DNA of 64,000 nucleotides from Anaerolineales bacterium (GTDB lineage Bacteria; Chloroflexota; Anaerolineae; Anaerolineales; E44-bin32). The translations under genes were made by a program, and so were the position numbers. The stretch covers positions 2,596 to 66,595 of the forward strand of contig DAOUEL010000031.1 of assembly GCA_034430595.1 (NCBI GenBank), read 5' to 3'. Below are positions 10,102-19,487 of the stretch, piece after piece. The notes beneath the pieces are model-generated. The model was not told where the DNA came from, searched no databases, and saw nothing but the letters and a program-made list of their open reading frames with translations. Each line of letters starts with the position of its first letter. Positions within the stretch are counted from its first letter, which is position 1.

Positions 10102-10497
10102 ATGCTCCAAGAAAAACAGGCCGAGGTCAGTCCAACGGGGACGATTCTGCTCGTGGAACCTGATCACCAACTTCGGCGCGTGATCGCTGCCTCGCTGGAG
10201 CAGCAGGGCTTGCGCGTTCTCCAGGCCAGCGACACCCGTTTCGCGCTCAGCCTGCTCGAGCGGGAAGATCCTGAATTGCTGATCCTTGACCTCCGTCCAT
10301 CGGACTCAATCGATCGCTTGGTCGAGGTCTATCTGGACGATGAGATTGACGACGCCAAGAACCGCCCGATCTTGATTACAACGCTTGATCGCCCGGACAA
10401 GCGGTGGCTGCAGGAGATAAAACCTGACGCCGTCATCTATAAGCCATTCGACGTCCGCTATCTGTACCGCCGCGTGATGGAATCCTTGCAGGAGTGA
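10102..10497 (+). CDS. stand-alone response-regulator receiver domain protein
   Basis: ILLVEPDHQL..., LLILDL (acceptor Asp), ILITT and IYKPF map to the REC signature positions. The first acidic pair is EPD rather than DD. Start ATG 10102 or GTG 10072. Confidence 0.7.
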   Translation: MLQEKQAEVSPTGTILLVEPDHQLRRVIAASLEQQGLRVLQASDTRFALSLLEREDPELLILDLRPSDSIDRLVEVYLDDEIDDAKNRPILITTLDRPDKRWLQEIKPDAVIYKPFDVRYLYRRVMESLQE

Positions 10498-10504
10498 CAA
10501 GTAC

Positions 10505-11047
10505 ATGGCCAGAAAAGGCAAGAAATCAAAGGATGGATCGAACGGCTCAGAGCCGCAGTTTAACAAAGGCGATTGGATCGTTCATATCTCGCATGGGATC
10601 GGTAAGATCGTCCGTGTCGAGAACAAACTTGTCCGCGGTGAAAAGACCCGCTGCTACCGGGTAAGAACGGAAGACAGCGTATTCTGGATTCCGGTTGGCG
10701 CCGACGTGAGCGACCGAGTACGGCCAATCGCCAGTCCCAGGAAGTTTAAGCGTGTCGTCCGGTTGCTATCCGAGCCGGGCAAGACGATGGCCAAGATGCA
10801 CAAAATACGCCGCAAACGGATTCGGGAACATACACTTGATGGTAAGTTGAAGACAACAGCCGCCCTGATTCGAGATCTCTGGGCGCGCAAGCACGAGAAA
10901 TCACTCAACGATACCGAAATGCGCGCGCTGCAGAAGCTGACCGACCGATTTGTGAAAGAATGGTCGATCAGCATGGAAATACCGCAAGAAGAAGCCCATA
11001 AGAAGCTGAATGAAATTGTCATGACTGTCACGCAGGAGGAATCCTGA
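10505..11047 (+). CDS. carD: CarD/CdnL family RNA-polymerase-binding regulator
   Basis: FNKGDWIVHISHGIGKIVRVENKLVRGEKTRCYRV matches the CarD_CdnL_TRCF N-terminal domain pattern. The C-terminal half is helical. Confidence 0.8.
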   Translation: MARKGKKSKDGSNGSEPQFNKGDWIVHISHGIGKIVRVENKLVRGEKTRCYRVRTEDSVFWIPVGADVSDRVRPIASPRKFKRVVRLLSEPGKTMAKMHKIRRKRIREHTLDGKLKTTAALIRDLWARKHEKSLNDTEMRALQKLTDRFVKEWSISMEIPQEEAHKKLNEIVMTVTQEES

Positions 11048-11118
11048 ACAGGCTGTTATGGCAGATTAAAATCGCCTTTCGGCGAAATCCCTTAGAAGGA
11101 GGAAACAAGAATACCCGT

Positions 11119-12456
11119 ATGGACCCAAAATGGCCTGATGTTAAGGAACGCACAGAAGCACCAGAAACCATGGAACAGCTGCTGGATGACTACGATTACC
11201 AACCGCCGAAGCGGGGCGAATTCCTGCAGGGTGAAATTATCCATGTAGATGATGATTCGATTCTGATCGACGTCGGCGCGAAGCGAGATGCCATCGTGCC
11301 ACGCAATGATCTAAGTCGTTTGGCCGAAGACGATCTCGCCAACCTGGAAGAGGGCGAGGTGATGCCCGTGAGAGTACTGCGCTCACCGAGCATCAGCGGT
11401 GACCTGCTGGTATCGCTTTCTAAGGGCCTGGCAAAGGAGGACTGGGAACGCGCCGAAGCGATGCTCGAAGGCGGCCAGGAGGAGGAGTTCGAGGTCGTTG
11501 GGCGCAACCGGGGCGGCGTGCTGGTCCGGTTCGGGTACCTGGAAGGCTTCGTGCCAAATTCGCACCTGCCGGATGCGCGCTCACGCGGCGATATGGAAGC
11601 GCTGAAGCGCGTCAAACGCGAGAGCGTTGGTGAAGAAATGCTCTTGAAGGTGCTCGAAGTCGACCGCAAGCGGAATCGTTTGATCCTCTCTGGCCGAGCA
11701 GCCGAGAAAGCTCGCCGCAAGAACCGGCTGGAGGAACTGGAAGCCGGTCAAAAGATCAAAGGCCGAGTGGTAAATCTAACCGATTTCGGTGCGTTCGTAG
11801 CACTTGGTGGAATTGACGGCCTGATCCACCGCTCCGAACTGAGCTGGGATGATATTGGCGATCCGGGCGAGGTTCTGGATATTGGTGATGAGATTGAGGT
11901 CATGGTCAAAGACGTCGATGTCGATCGCGAGCGAGTCAGCCTTAGTCGGAAGGACCTCCTGCCCAGCCCGTGGGACGATATCACCCAACATTATTCCGAG
12001 GGTGACCTGGTGGAAGGGATCGTCAGCAATGTTGTGCACTTCGGAGCGTTTGTCACGCTTCCTGATGGGATAGAAGGCTTGATCCACTCGAGTGAGATGG
12101 ACATCATCGGGCCAGGGACACCGACCGACGTGGTGAAATCAGATGATCCGGTCCTCGTCCGTATTCTCTCGATCGAACCTGATCGCCATCGAATGGCGCT
12201 TAGCTTGAAACAGGTCAGCTACGACGAGCAGATGGAATGGATGGAGAAACGTCGATCCAGGGCAGAGACGGATGAAGAGGCTGGTTCAGCGATCGCGGAA
12301 GAGCTTGCAGTGGACGAGATCAGCAAGCCGGAAGCTGCCGCAGAATCCGGTTCAGAGATCGAGGCCGAAGCGGATGATCCTGTGAGCGAAGCCCAGCCCG
12401 AAGCCGCAATGGAAATCGAGAGATCCGAAGTCATGGGAGATGTTCCAGAAGATTGA
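11119..12456 (+). CDS. rpsA: 30S ribosomal protein S1 (four S1 domains, acidic tail)
   Basis: Repeated S1 OB-fold signatures (GEIIHVDDDSILIDVG, GRNRGGVLVRFGYLEGFVPNSHL, GRVVNLTDFGAFVALGGIDGLIHRSEL, GIVSNVVHFGAFVTLPDGIEGLIHSSEM). Confidence 0.9.
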   Translation: MDPKWPDVKERTEAPETMEQLLDDYDYQPPKRGEFLQGEIIHVDDDSILIDVGAKRDAIVPRNDLSRLAEDDLANLEEGEVMPVRVLRSPSISGDLLVSLSKGLAKEDWERAEAMLEGGQEEEFEVVGRNRGGVLVRFGYLEGFVPNSHLPDARSRGDMEALKRVKRESVGEEMLLKVLEVDRKRNRLILSGRAAEKARRKNRLEELEAGQKIKGRVVNLTDFGAFVALGGIDGLIHRSELSWDDIGDPGEVLDIGDEIEVMVKDVDVDRERVSLSRKDLLPSPWDDITQHYSEGDLVEGIVSNVVHFGAFVTLPDGIEGLIHSSEMDIIGPGTPTDVVKSDDPVLVRILSIEPDRHRMALSLKQVSYDEQMEWMEKRRSRAETDEEAGSAIAEELAVDEISKPEAAAESGSEIEAEADDPVSEAQPEAAMEIERSEVMGDVPED

Positions 12457-12520
12457 CCCCCTCTCGGGTACAGCCTGTCTTCCATCATTAAAAACTGCAC
12501 TGACTTGGATTCGTATATTT

Positions 12521-12547
12521 CATGCCCCCGGAAGGACCGGGGTCATG
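12521..12547. terminator. hairpin between convergent rpsA and the DUF4129 gene
   Basis: CATGCCCCCGG AAGGA CCGGGGTCATG: an 11-bp stem with one mismatch. There is no clear U-tract on either side. Confidence 0.3.
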
Positions 12548-12581
12548 TCTGTAATGATCGCCAGGATCACGAACCCTCTTT

Positions 12582-14108
12582 TCACCGGGCCTTCATCTGC
12601 CGCTGTGCCTGCCGTAACAGGCCTGCCTCACCCTTGATCCTGGACCAGGCCTGCTCGACAAGCTCTACCTCGGAACGCGTCTCTGGCCGCTCGCCGTAGC
12701 GAACGCGGTTGTAGGCTTCCGTCATCAGGCGCGCATCCTCCCTCGAACGCGGGAATAGCTGCCAGAGCGTTGGCAGGAATTCAAGCGGCGTCTCAGCAGT
12801 TGACCGTGGAAATCCGAGTTCACCACACAGGCGAATTAACCGAGTGTAGAGGCGGCGAATGCGCAGCGCACCCAGTAAACCCCTTCTTGGGAGCATGCTT
12901 CGTACCTGGCTGGCAACCTGCTGCAGTCCTTGCTTAAGTAGCAGCGAAACCCGCCTGGCCTTCCATCCTTCAGCCTGATCATGTTCGTCATACCCTTCAT
13001 TCGTCACACTCCAGGGCAAGCGCCATTGCCGTCCTAACCACCAGAAGGCGAGCCCGAGCAGAGCGATGATGATGCACGAAAGTACCCGGGGTTTCCACAC
13101 CCAGAGATCCACTTGCAGGCTAAATCGTCCCTGCAGGCTTTGCTCGATGTCAACCAGCAGACCGATCATCAGTTCGATGAATTTCGAGAGTTCCCTGCCG
13201 ACATCCGTAAAGAGCGAGACATTTTCCAGCCAGGATCCGACCAGGAATGCCAGCAAAATGATCGGACTTACTAGTATCACTGCGATCAGCAGGACCAGCC
13301 GTATCAGCCACTGGAATAGAAACGAAACAAATGAAGCGATCCCGCCAGCAGCCAGGTGTCCGAGCGAGAGGGCGAGCAGTGTGATGAGCAATGAGGCAAA
13401 CAGGACAGCCATGATCCAGGGCTTGCTGAAGGATACTCTGTGCCCACCCCGTAGCCTGTGAAGGGATGAGATACGGGCTGTGCCGAGTGATAGCAAAGCT
13501 GAAACACCAAAAATTGCGAGCTGTACGCTGGGGCTCCCCCCTCCCTTGAACGCGACTGTAAAGCCTATCAATAGCAACATCGCCGCACCCAGGCTGAAGT
13601 TGCCCAGCGCAATCTTCGGATCGATTCGACTTTGGGCAAAGGAGAGCGCCCGATACCATAGATAGGTTGAAAGAGTTACCTGGACCATCTCAACCGGAAA
13701 CATATTCCGCGTGTCATGAAAACTCTCTTTCATGTGAAGGACGATCAACCGAAGACTGGATGCCGCCCCTGGGGGTTGCAAACCCTGGATGAGAAGTCCT
13801 GTAGAAATTGCATAAGCGAGTAGCAGGAATGCCCGACGGTATTTAACCCGCAATCGGACCAGGAACGCGATCCGGGCGAGGAGGTAAGCTCCTGTCATCG
13901 TCAGGAACAAATAGATGTATCTCCACGGGAATTTGATATCGACCTGATCGCCGGCCAGGAAGGTGTACCATGCGAATACCCAGCTCACCTCCATACTGAT
14001 CAAGGCCAGTACAGAAAGCTCGCGCCATGGGCGAACCGTGATCAGGTTCAGATCTCGCCCCGTCACCTGAACAGACTGATTGGGATCGAACGGCGGTGTT
14101 CTTATCAT
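12582..14108 (-). CDS. polytopic membrane protein with C-terminal DUF4129 (TgpA-like, no transglutaminase core)
   Basis: Many hydrophobic segments. The C-terminal RIRRLYTRLIRLCGELGFPRSTAETPLEFL...EAYNRVRYGERPETRSEVELVEQAW matches the DUF4129 pattern. No Cys-His-Asp transglutaminase core motif is visible. Confidence 0.75.
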   Translation of the reverse strand: MIRTPPFDPNQSVQVTGRDLNLITVRPWRELSVLALISMEVSWVFAWYTFLAGDQVDIKFPWRYIYLFLTMTGAYLLARIAFLVRLRVKYRRAFLLLAYAISTGLLIQGLQPPGAASSLRLIVLHMKESFHDTRNMFPVEMVQVTLSTYLWYRALSFAQSRIDPKIALGNFSLGAAMLLLIGFTVAFKGGGSPSVQLAIFGVSALLSLGTARISSLHRLRGGHRVSFSKPWIMAVLFASLLITLLALSLGHLAAGGIASFVSFLFQWLIRLVLLIAVILVSPIILLAFLVGSWLENVSLFTDVGRELSKFIELMIGLLVDIEQSLQGRFSLQVDLWVWKPRVLSCIIIALLGLAFWWLGRQWRLPWSVTNEGYDEHDQAEGWKARRVSLLLKQGLQQVASQVRSMLPRRGLLGALRIRRLYTRLIRLCGELGFPRSTAETPLEFLPTLWQLFPRSREDARLMTEAYNRVRYGERPETRSEVELVEQAWSRIKGEAGLLRQAQRQMKAR

Positions 14109-14137
14109 GGGTCTGAGAGATCCAATACCTGGGCGGT

Positions 14138-15652
14138 CTACGAAACAGAGCTATAGGAATGGGGATGACCCTTCAACGTAAATAAGCGGCGCACTTGTGC
14201 CCATGAGCGCTCAACCGCCGCAACATCTTCACTATGCTCAGCAAACTCCCCATAACGCACCCGCAAGTATCCTACAGTGATAATTTCCAGATCAACGGCG
14301 GCTTCCGGGAAATCCGCCTTCATGCGGAGCAGATACTCCAGCGGGGTTTCGGCTGGGATCCGTTCCCGATTCAGCTTCGCTAATGCATGCAATAGTTGAG
14401 TATAAATCCGGCGAATCCGCGCTGCGGCAATCCATCGCCTGGCAGGATTCAAGAATTGAAAGACCCGCTGTCCGAATCGGCGATAGTCTGACAGCTTGCG
14501 TAATACTTCCCGCAGCGCATTCGTGGAATGACCATCCGTTTCGAGCAGGGCATCCATCTTGCGCAAACCAGTTCCTCTTCGAAGTGTCAGGATAATCACC
14601 ATGCCAAGGCCAGCAATGATGACGAACAATCCAACCCACAGCAGAACTTTCTTCAGGTCCTCTGACCATGCATACGGCTGTACCTCGCCAGCAATCCTGG
14701 TCATCTGCTCGCTGATCTGGCTGGCGGCATCCGTTGAGAGTGTGGGCCATGCATCGGATACATTCCACAGCCGGGTCATAAGATGGTTCCAGGCTTCGAT
14801 TAAGAGGAAGACAACGGGTTCAAGCAAGCGCGCAACCAAACGCAGCAGACCTGCGAATGCCACGCCCAGGATTGAGGACAAGACCTCTGCTAAGAACAAG
14901 CCTGCAGAATTCGCAATTCCAGAGGCGACAATCAGCACCATGGCAGCAGCGCCAGCCAGGCTGAATACCCAAGTTTTATCGACTGGGACACTTCTACCGC
15001 CACGTTGATGAGCCTGAACTGAGAGACGTGCAGCCTCCATCGCGAGCAACCCAGCAAAGAGAAAGAGAAGGAATTCGAGGATTGGTACCCGGGTTTTCAA
15101 GGAGATCGCATACATACCCAGCACGAAGAAGAACAGGATCCCATTGCGGAGCGTTTTTCCCACCGCAAGCGGGCCAATCCACCCCTGCCATCCGCGAATA
15201 CCTTTCCGCCATGCATACATGATTCCTGCAGTGGCTAGAAGGATCATGACTCGCTTGCCCCCCACCAGACTCGTCGAGATCACGTTGGACAGGATCTGAA
15301 AAAGGGGAACAATTTCATTGCCATAAACAAGACATCGCAAGCCGATGGTGAGCTGTACCACGAGCAGCCCGATCAGGACTACCTGCTGGGGCTGAGGTTT
15401 GAAACGTAGCCAATCCAGAACTCCAGCGACTGTAAAAGAGCTGATCACAACCAGAGTAAAGACAAGCCATGCTACAGCAGGTGGGTTCATCCTAAACGTG
15501 AGGGTCCAGACTGTGGTCAGACCGATAAGATGCATCAGCAGCCAGGGCAACAGGGTCAACAGCTGCCAGGCGTTCAACGCTGAACCGGGATCAGTCTTAT
15601 GATCTGAATATTCAGGCCCGATCGCGGCCATTATCCTCTTCCAGGATGTCAA
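14138..15652 (-). CDS. polytopic membrane protein with C-terminal DUF4129 (paralog of 12582..14108)
   Basis: Same architecture as its neighbour. The C-terminal RIRRIYTQLLHALAKLNRERIPAETPLEYL...GYLRVRYGEFAEHSEDVAAVERSW aligns by eye with the downstream paralog. Confidence 0.75.
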   Translation of the reverse strand: MTSWKRIMAAIGPEYSDHKTDPGSALNAWQLLTLLPWLLMHLIGLTTVWTLTFRMNPPAVAWLVFTLVVISSFTVAGVLDWLRFKPQPQQVVLIGLLVVQLTIGLRCLVYGNEIVPLFQILSNVISTSLVGGKRVMILLATAGIMYAWRKGIRGWQGWIGPLAVGKTLRNGILFFFVLGMYAISLKTRVPILEFLLFLFAGLLAMEAARLSVQAHQRGGRSVPVDKTWVFSLAGAAAMVLIVASGIANSAGLFLAEVLSSILGVAFAGLLRLVARLLEPVVFLLIEAWNHLMTRLWNVSDAWPTLSTDAASQISEQMTRIAGEVQPYAWSEDLKKVLLWVGLFVIIAGLGMVIILTLRRGTGLRKMDALLETDGHSTNALREVLRKLSDYRRFGQRVFQFLNPARRWIAAARIRRIYTQLLHALAKLNRERIPAETPLEYLLRMKADFPEAAVDLEIITVGYLRVRYGEFAEHSEDVAAVERSWAQVRRLFTLKGHPHSYSSVS

Positions 15653-16869
15653 GCTTGCTTTGGTTCAAAATGGTCTTCTCGATTTTCATGGAAGGGAATG
15701 TGCGAGATGGGAATGTCCGGAATCGCTTGTGGGGGGTTCGCTGCAAGGGAGAGCAATCGAATCCCGCGACCATGCCGCTTCAACTTGATAAGAGTGTCTT
15801 GCAGTTCTGGTGTGGTGATTGCCGTAACCACGAGTAAGCTTGCACCATAGGGCACCCTGGGCATTTCCCGAATCAGGTAGGATTCAAACGGTACCATGAC
15901 CATGGGCGTCACGCCGGCTAGCGCCTCCAGCAGGCGTCCGAGCTGCCTCGGTGACCGGCCGGGTGGGATGTTGAACGGCCGGTCGGAGTGGGCCAGACTC
16001 CCATTCGAGATAAGACCCACCTGGTATCCCATTTCGATGAAGTGATCAACGAGGGTGGCTGACACGCTGATCACCCGCTCAAATAGTTCGGGGTAGAATC
16101 CTTCCCAGTTTCGCATGAAGGTGCTGGCATTCATGCATACGACCGCGACCTGCGCCGCGGTCGGTTGGTAGACTTTCACCTGCAATTGGCCGGTGTGGGC
16201 TGTAGCCGGCCAATGCACGCGCCGGAAACCATCCTCCGGGCGGTAATCACGTACGCCGATCGGTTGGTTGGGATCTTCGAAGATCTTGCGGCGCGAGCGG
16301 TGATCCCCAAAAGGATCCCGTGCCGGAAGTTCCAGAGTCTCAACCGGGAGAATTGCGGGAAAAACCGTCAGGTACTCCCCCCGGTCGGCCTCCGAACTCA
16401 ATTCGTACATGCCGAAGATATCGCCCGACTGCATGCGAACCGGGCCCACGCGGTACACGCCGCGCTGGCGGAAATGAAGCGAATAGTGCCTGCGCTTGGT
16501 CTCGAACCAGCGCAGGTTGAAAACATTCGTTAGTAATCCCTGATCCGGCAGGTGTGAAGGGGCCAGGAGCCCATCCTCGTCGGGGGCGACGGCCAGCGGC
16601 CAGGGATCTTCAACCCGCAGCCAGGAGAGCGGCAGCAACTTGTCGTTCTCAACCTCGATGGTCAGCGCCACTTGCTCGCCTGGAAAAGCACGGCGGAAGA
16701 AGGGCTTCCGCCGGTAATGGACCGCATCCAGAGACCGGGCCCGCCACCAGGAGGTGATGGCGATCAAGACGGCCAGCGTGGCCGACAGCGTGGTCAGGAA
16801 CTGCACCCGGAATACTGCTCCGAGTACATAGATCAAGCCCAGCAGCGGCAGCCAGCGATTGGGCGACAT
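15649..16869 (-). CDS. DUF58 (vWA-like) protein, MoxR partner
   Basis: N-terminal TM pair and DYRPEDGFRRVHWPATAHTGQLQVKVYQ (DUF58 signature). The start lies 1 nt after the MoxR stop, and the gene overlaps the next gene by 4 nt. Confidence 0.85.
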   Translation of the reverse strand: MSPNRWLPLLGLIYVLGAVFRVQFLTTLSATLAVLIAITSWWRARSLDAVHYRRKPFFRRAFPGEQVALTIEVENDKLLPLSWLRVEDPWPLAVAPDEDGLLAPSHLPDQGLLTNVFNLRWFETKRRHYSLHFRQRGVYRVGPVRMQSGDIFGMYELSSEADRGEYLTVFPAILPVETLELPARDPFGDHRSRRKIFEDPNQPIGVRDYRPEDGFRRVHWPATAHTGQLQVKVYQPTAAQVAVVCMNASTFMRNWEGFYPELFERVISVSATLVDHFIEMGYQVGLISNGSLAHSDRPFNIPPGRSPRQLGRLLEALAGVTPMVMVPFESYLIREMPRVPYGASLLVVTAITTPELQDTLIKLKRHGRGIRLLSLAANPPQAIPDIPISHIPFHENREDHFEPKQA

Positions 16870-16870
16870 C

Positions 16871-17878
16871 CTAATCTTCGACCGGCACCGGCACCGAGTT
16901 TACGATCGCCCCGACCAGTTCTTCCGGCCTGCGCCCGCGCAGTTGAGCTTGTGGGGAAATCATCAGGCGGTGGGTGAGAACTTGAGGTGCAAGGAGCTTG
17001 ACATCGTCGGGCAGTACATACTCGCGGCCTTGAATCGCTGCCCAGGCCTGGCTCGCCTGGTACAGTGCCAGGGTCGCGCGCGGGCTCGCACCTAACTCAA
17101 TTTCCTCGTGAACGCGTGTGGCGCGGGCAATCTTTACAATGTAATCACGGATGCTGGCCTCAACCCGAATAGACTTGCGCTGTTCCTGCAGCTCGAGAAT
17201 TTGCGAGGGATTCGTCACCGGCTGCAGCGACTCCAGCGGATCTGCGGCCTGAAACCGTTCTAAAATCTCGCTCTCCTCCGTCTCGCTCGGGTAACCAATC
17301 GCCAGGCAGAGCATGAAGCGGTCGATCTGCGCTTCAGGCAGCGGGAAGGTGCCTTCCAGCTCGATCGGATTCTGCGTGGCGAGGACAAGGAAAGGCTTGG
17401 GTTGGGGGTGGGTCACCCCATCCACCGTCACCTGGCGCTCCTGCATCGCCTCAAGCAGCGCGGATTGGGTGCGGGGAGTTGCCCGGTTAATTTCATCTGC
17501 CAGGACGACCTGGGTCATGACCGGCCCGGGTCGGAATTCAAACTCCTGGGCTTTCTGATTAAACCAGTTCAACCCGGTGACATCGGATGGCAGCAGGTCC
17601 GGCGTAAACTGGATGCGCTTGAAACTACAGCCAAGCGATACAGCCAGCGCTCTCGCCAGCGTGGTTTTACCGATGCCTGGGACGTCTTCAATAAGAATAT
17701 GGCCGCCGCACAGCACGGCGACCAGCGCAAGGTTGATCGGCTCGTCCTTGCCGACGATAACCTGCTGTACATTCTCCCGCAGCTCGCGGGCAGTCTCGGC
17801 GATCATTTTCACCTCGAATGGGTTGGAGTGCTTGTGGGCATACACTATACCAGACCAGGGTAGGAATCGTTCAGCCAC
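16871..17878 (-). CDS. MoxR-family AAA+ ATPase
   Basis: GHILIEDVPGIGKTTLARALA (Walker A), VLADEINRATPRTQSALLEAM (Walker B / sensor). The likely true start is ATG 17806 (MIAETAREL, AGGTGA upstream); the track ORF begins at GTG 17878. Confidence 0.9.
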   Translation of the reverse strand: MAERFLPWSGIVYAHKHSNPFEVKMIAETARELRENVQQVIVGKDEPINLALVAVLCGGHILIEDVPGIGKTTLARALAVSLGCSFKRIQFTPDLLPSDVTGLNWFNQKAQEFEFRPGPVMTQVVLADEINRATPRTQSALLEAMQERQVTVDGVTHPQPKPFLVLATQNPIELEGTFPLPEAQIDRFMLCLAIGYPSETEESEILERFQAADPLESLQPVTNPSQILELQEQRKSIRVEASIRDYIVKIARATRVHEEIELGASPRATLALYQASQAWAAIQGREYVLPDDVKLLAPQVLTHRLMISPQAQLRGRRPEELVGAIVNSVPVPVED

Positions 17879-17932
17879 GCAGTTTAGGATGCGGTCAGTA
17901 TGCCTGTAATGAAATGTGGAAAAACAGGAGCT

Positions 17933-19315
17933 TCAGGCTACATAGCCAGGACGGTGGAGCTTCTCGGCCGCTTCATTCGTCATGGGGATGGCGACTGTGA
18001 TACGCGTGCCCCGGCCAGGTTTTGAATCGAACTTGAGAATTCCGTTTACGAGCTCGGTCCGTTCATACAGATTGATCATGCCCAGGCTGCCGCGCTGCTC
18101 ATAGTTAGCCTGCACGCTTTCGACATCAAAGCCGACGCCATCGTCCTCGATTTCCAACTGGAGCACATCGCTGCGTTTCTTTAGTCGCACCCAGATGTGC
18201 TTGGCGCGGGCGTGTTTGCGAGCGTTGCTGACAGCTTCCTCAACGATAAAGAAGATCACGCCCTGTTTCCCGACTTCCATATCCGCAACGACATTGTCTT
18301 TAGCCTCGACGATGACGTTTTGCTCGTGATTCTCGAGCGTCTTTTCGGCCAATTGACGCAAGGCCTCGACCAAACCTTCCGACTCGAGCACGAGCGGTCG
18401 GAGTGTGAAAAGCATTTGGCGGATTTCCTTTGTGGTCCGGCGTGCAAGCTCCTCGATCTTGAACAGTTCTTCCCCGGCCTTCTCTGGATCGCGCTGTACT
18501 AGCCGCCGGGCGAAGTTAACTCGCATCGCGATCGCGCCGATGGATTGGGTCGGGCCGTCATGCAGGTCGCGCGCCAGCTTGCGGCGGGCATCTTCCTGGA
18601 TCTCAGCGATTCGTTCCTTTTCCTGCTCCAGATCCCGGTAAAGGCGGGCGTTCTGCAGCGCGATCATCCCTTGGTGGGCAATCGCCTCCAGCACCTCGAC
18701 GCGATCGGCGGAGAAGAAGCGCTCATCGGCATGTCCAAAGATCAGTACGCCGTAGATTTCCAGTCCGACGACAAGCGGTATGCAGATCGCTACCGGTGAG
18801 TTGTGAAATGCGACGAACCGCTTCAGTTCTGGATCATTGCTGGGATTGCTGCACATACTGGGCTTGAGCGTTGTCAGCGTCTCACCTAGCACACCATACT
18901 GCCCGGGCAGGTTGACACGCAGATCGGCCTGCGGCAGGCCGCGGGCTGAGGCGACGTACATGTGGTTGTTGTCGAACATCAGCAGCGCGCTGACCAACCG
19001 AGAATCGTGGGCCCCTTCCAGGGCGCTGTTGGCCAGATCAAGCGTCATTTCAAGAACCCGCTCGTAATTCAGCGTGGCGTTCAGATTTGCTGTATCGACC
19101 AGCAGCGAACGCAGACGCTTGACCTCACGTTGAAGCCGGGCAATGACGTCCTGCTCACCGCCATTTGAATGATTCGCCACTGCGACAGTCCCTTCACGTT
19201 CTCGACGGAATCGATCGGTCAACCAGCACAGGACCGGCACCACTGACAGGAGGCTGAGCGTTTCAACATTCGACAGGTTGGTGAGCAGCGCTCCAATCAG
19301 CCCCGGTGTGGTCAA
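17933..19315 (-). CDS. GAF-domain sensor histidine kinase (HisKA_3 / NarL-partner type)
   Basis: One N-terminal TM and a central GAF-like region. H-box RKLARDLHDGPTQSIGAIAM, with a HATPase_c C-terminus (EEAVSNARKHA, DDGVGF, GSLGMINLYER). No response regulator is adjacent. Confidence 0.85.
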   Translation of the reverse strand: MTTPGLIGALLTNLSNVETLSLLSVVPVLCWLTDRFRREREGTVAVANHSNGGEQDVIARLQREVKRLRSLLVDTANLNATLNYERVLEMTLDLANSALEGAHDSRLVSALLMFDNNHMYVASARGLPQADLRVNLPGQYGVLGETLTTLKPSMCSNPSNDPELKRFVAFHNSPVAICIPLVVGLEIYGVLIFGHADERFFSADRVEVLEAIAHQGMIALQNARLYRDLEQEKERIAEIQEDARRKLARDLHDGPTQSIGAIAMRVNFARRLVQRDPEKAGEELFKIEELARRTTKEIRQMLFTLRPLVLESEGLVEALRQLAEKTLENHEQNVIVEAKDNVVADMEVGKQGVIFFIVEEAVSNARKHARAKHIWVRLKKRSDVLQLEIEDDGVGFDVESVQANYEQRGSLGMINLYERTELVNGILKFDSKPGRGTRITVAIPMTNEAAEKLHRPGYVA

Positions 19316-19487
19316 TCTAATCTCTTTCCCTTGCTGGGAAAGTGCTCGTCACCGGCGAGCTAATTTTACTCGCGAGCCAGAGCTCTCCCAACAACATCCA
19401 CCAGCGCGGCACGGGTCTGCGCCGCCTCCTGGAATCGTCCTGCTCTTAGTATGCTCGATCTTGAGCTGCTTTCCCCTTACAGTCCCC

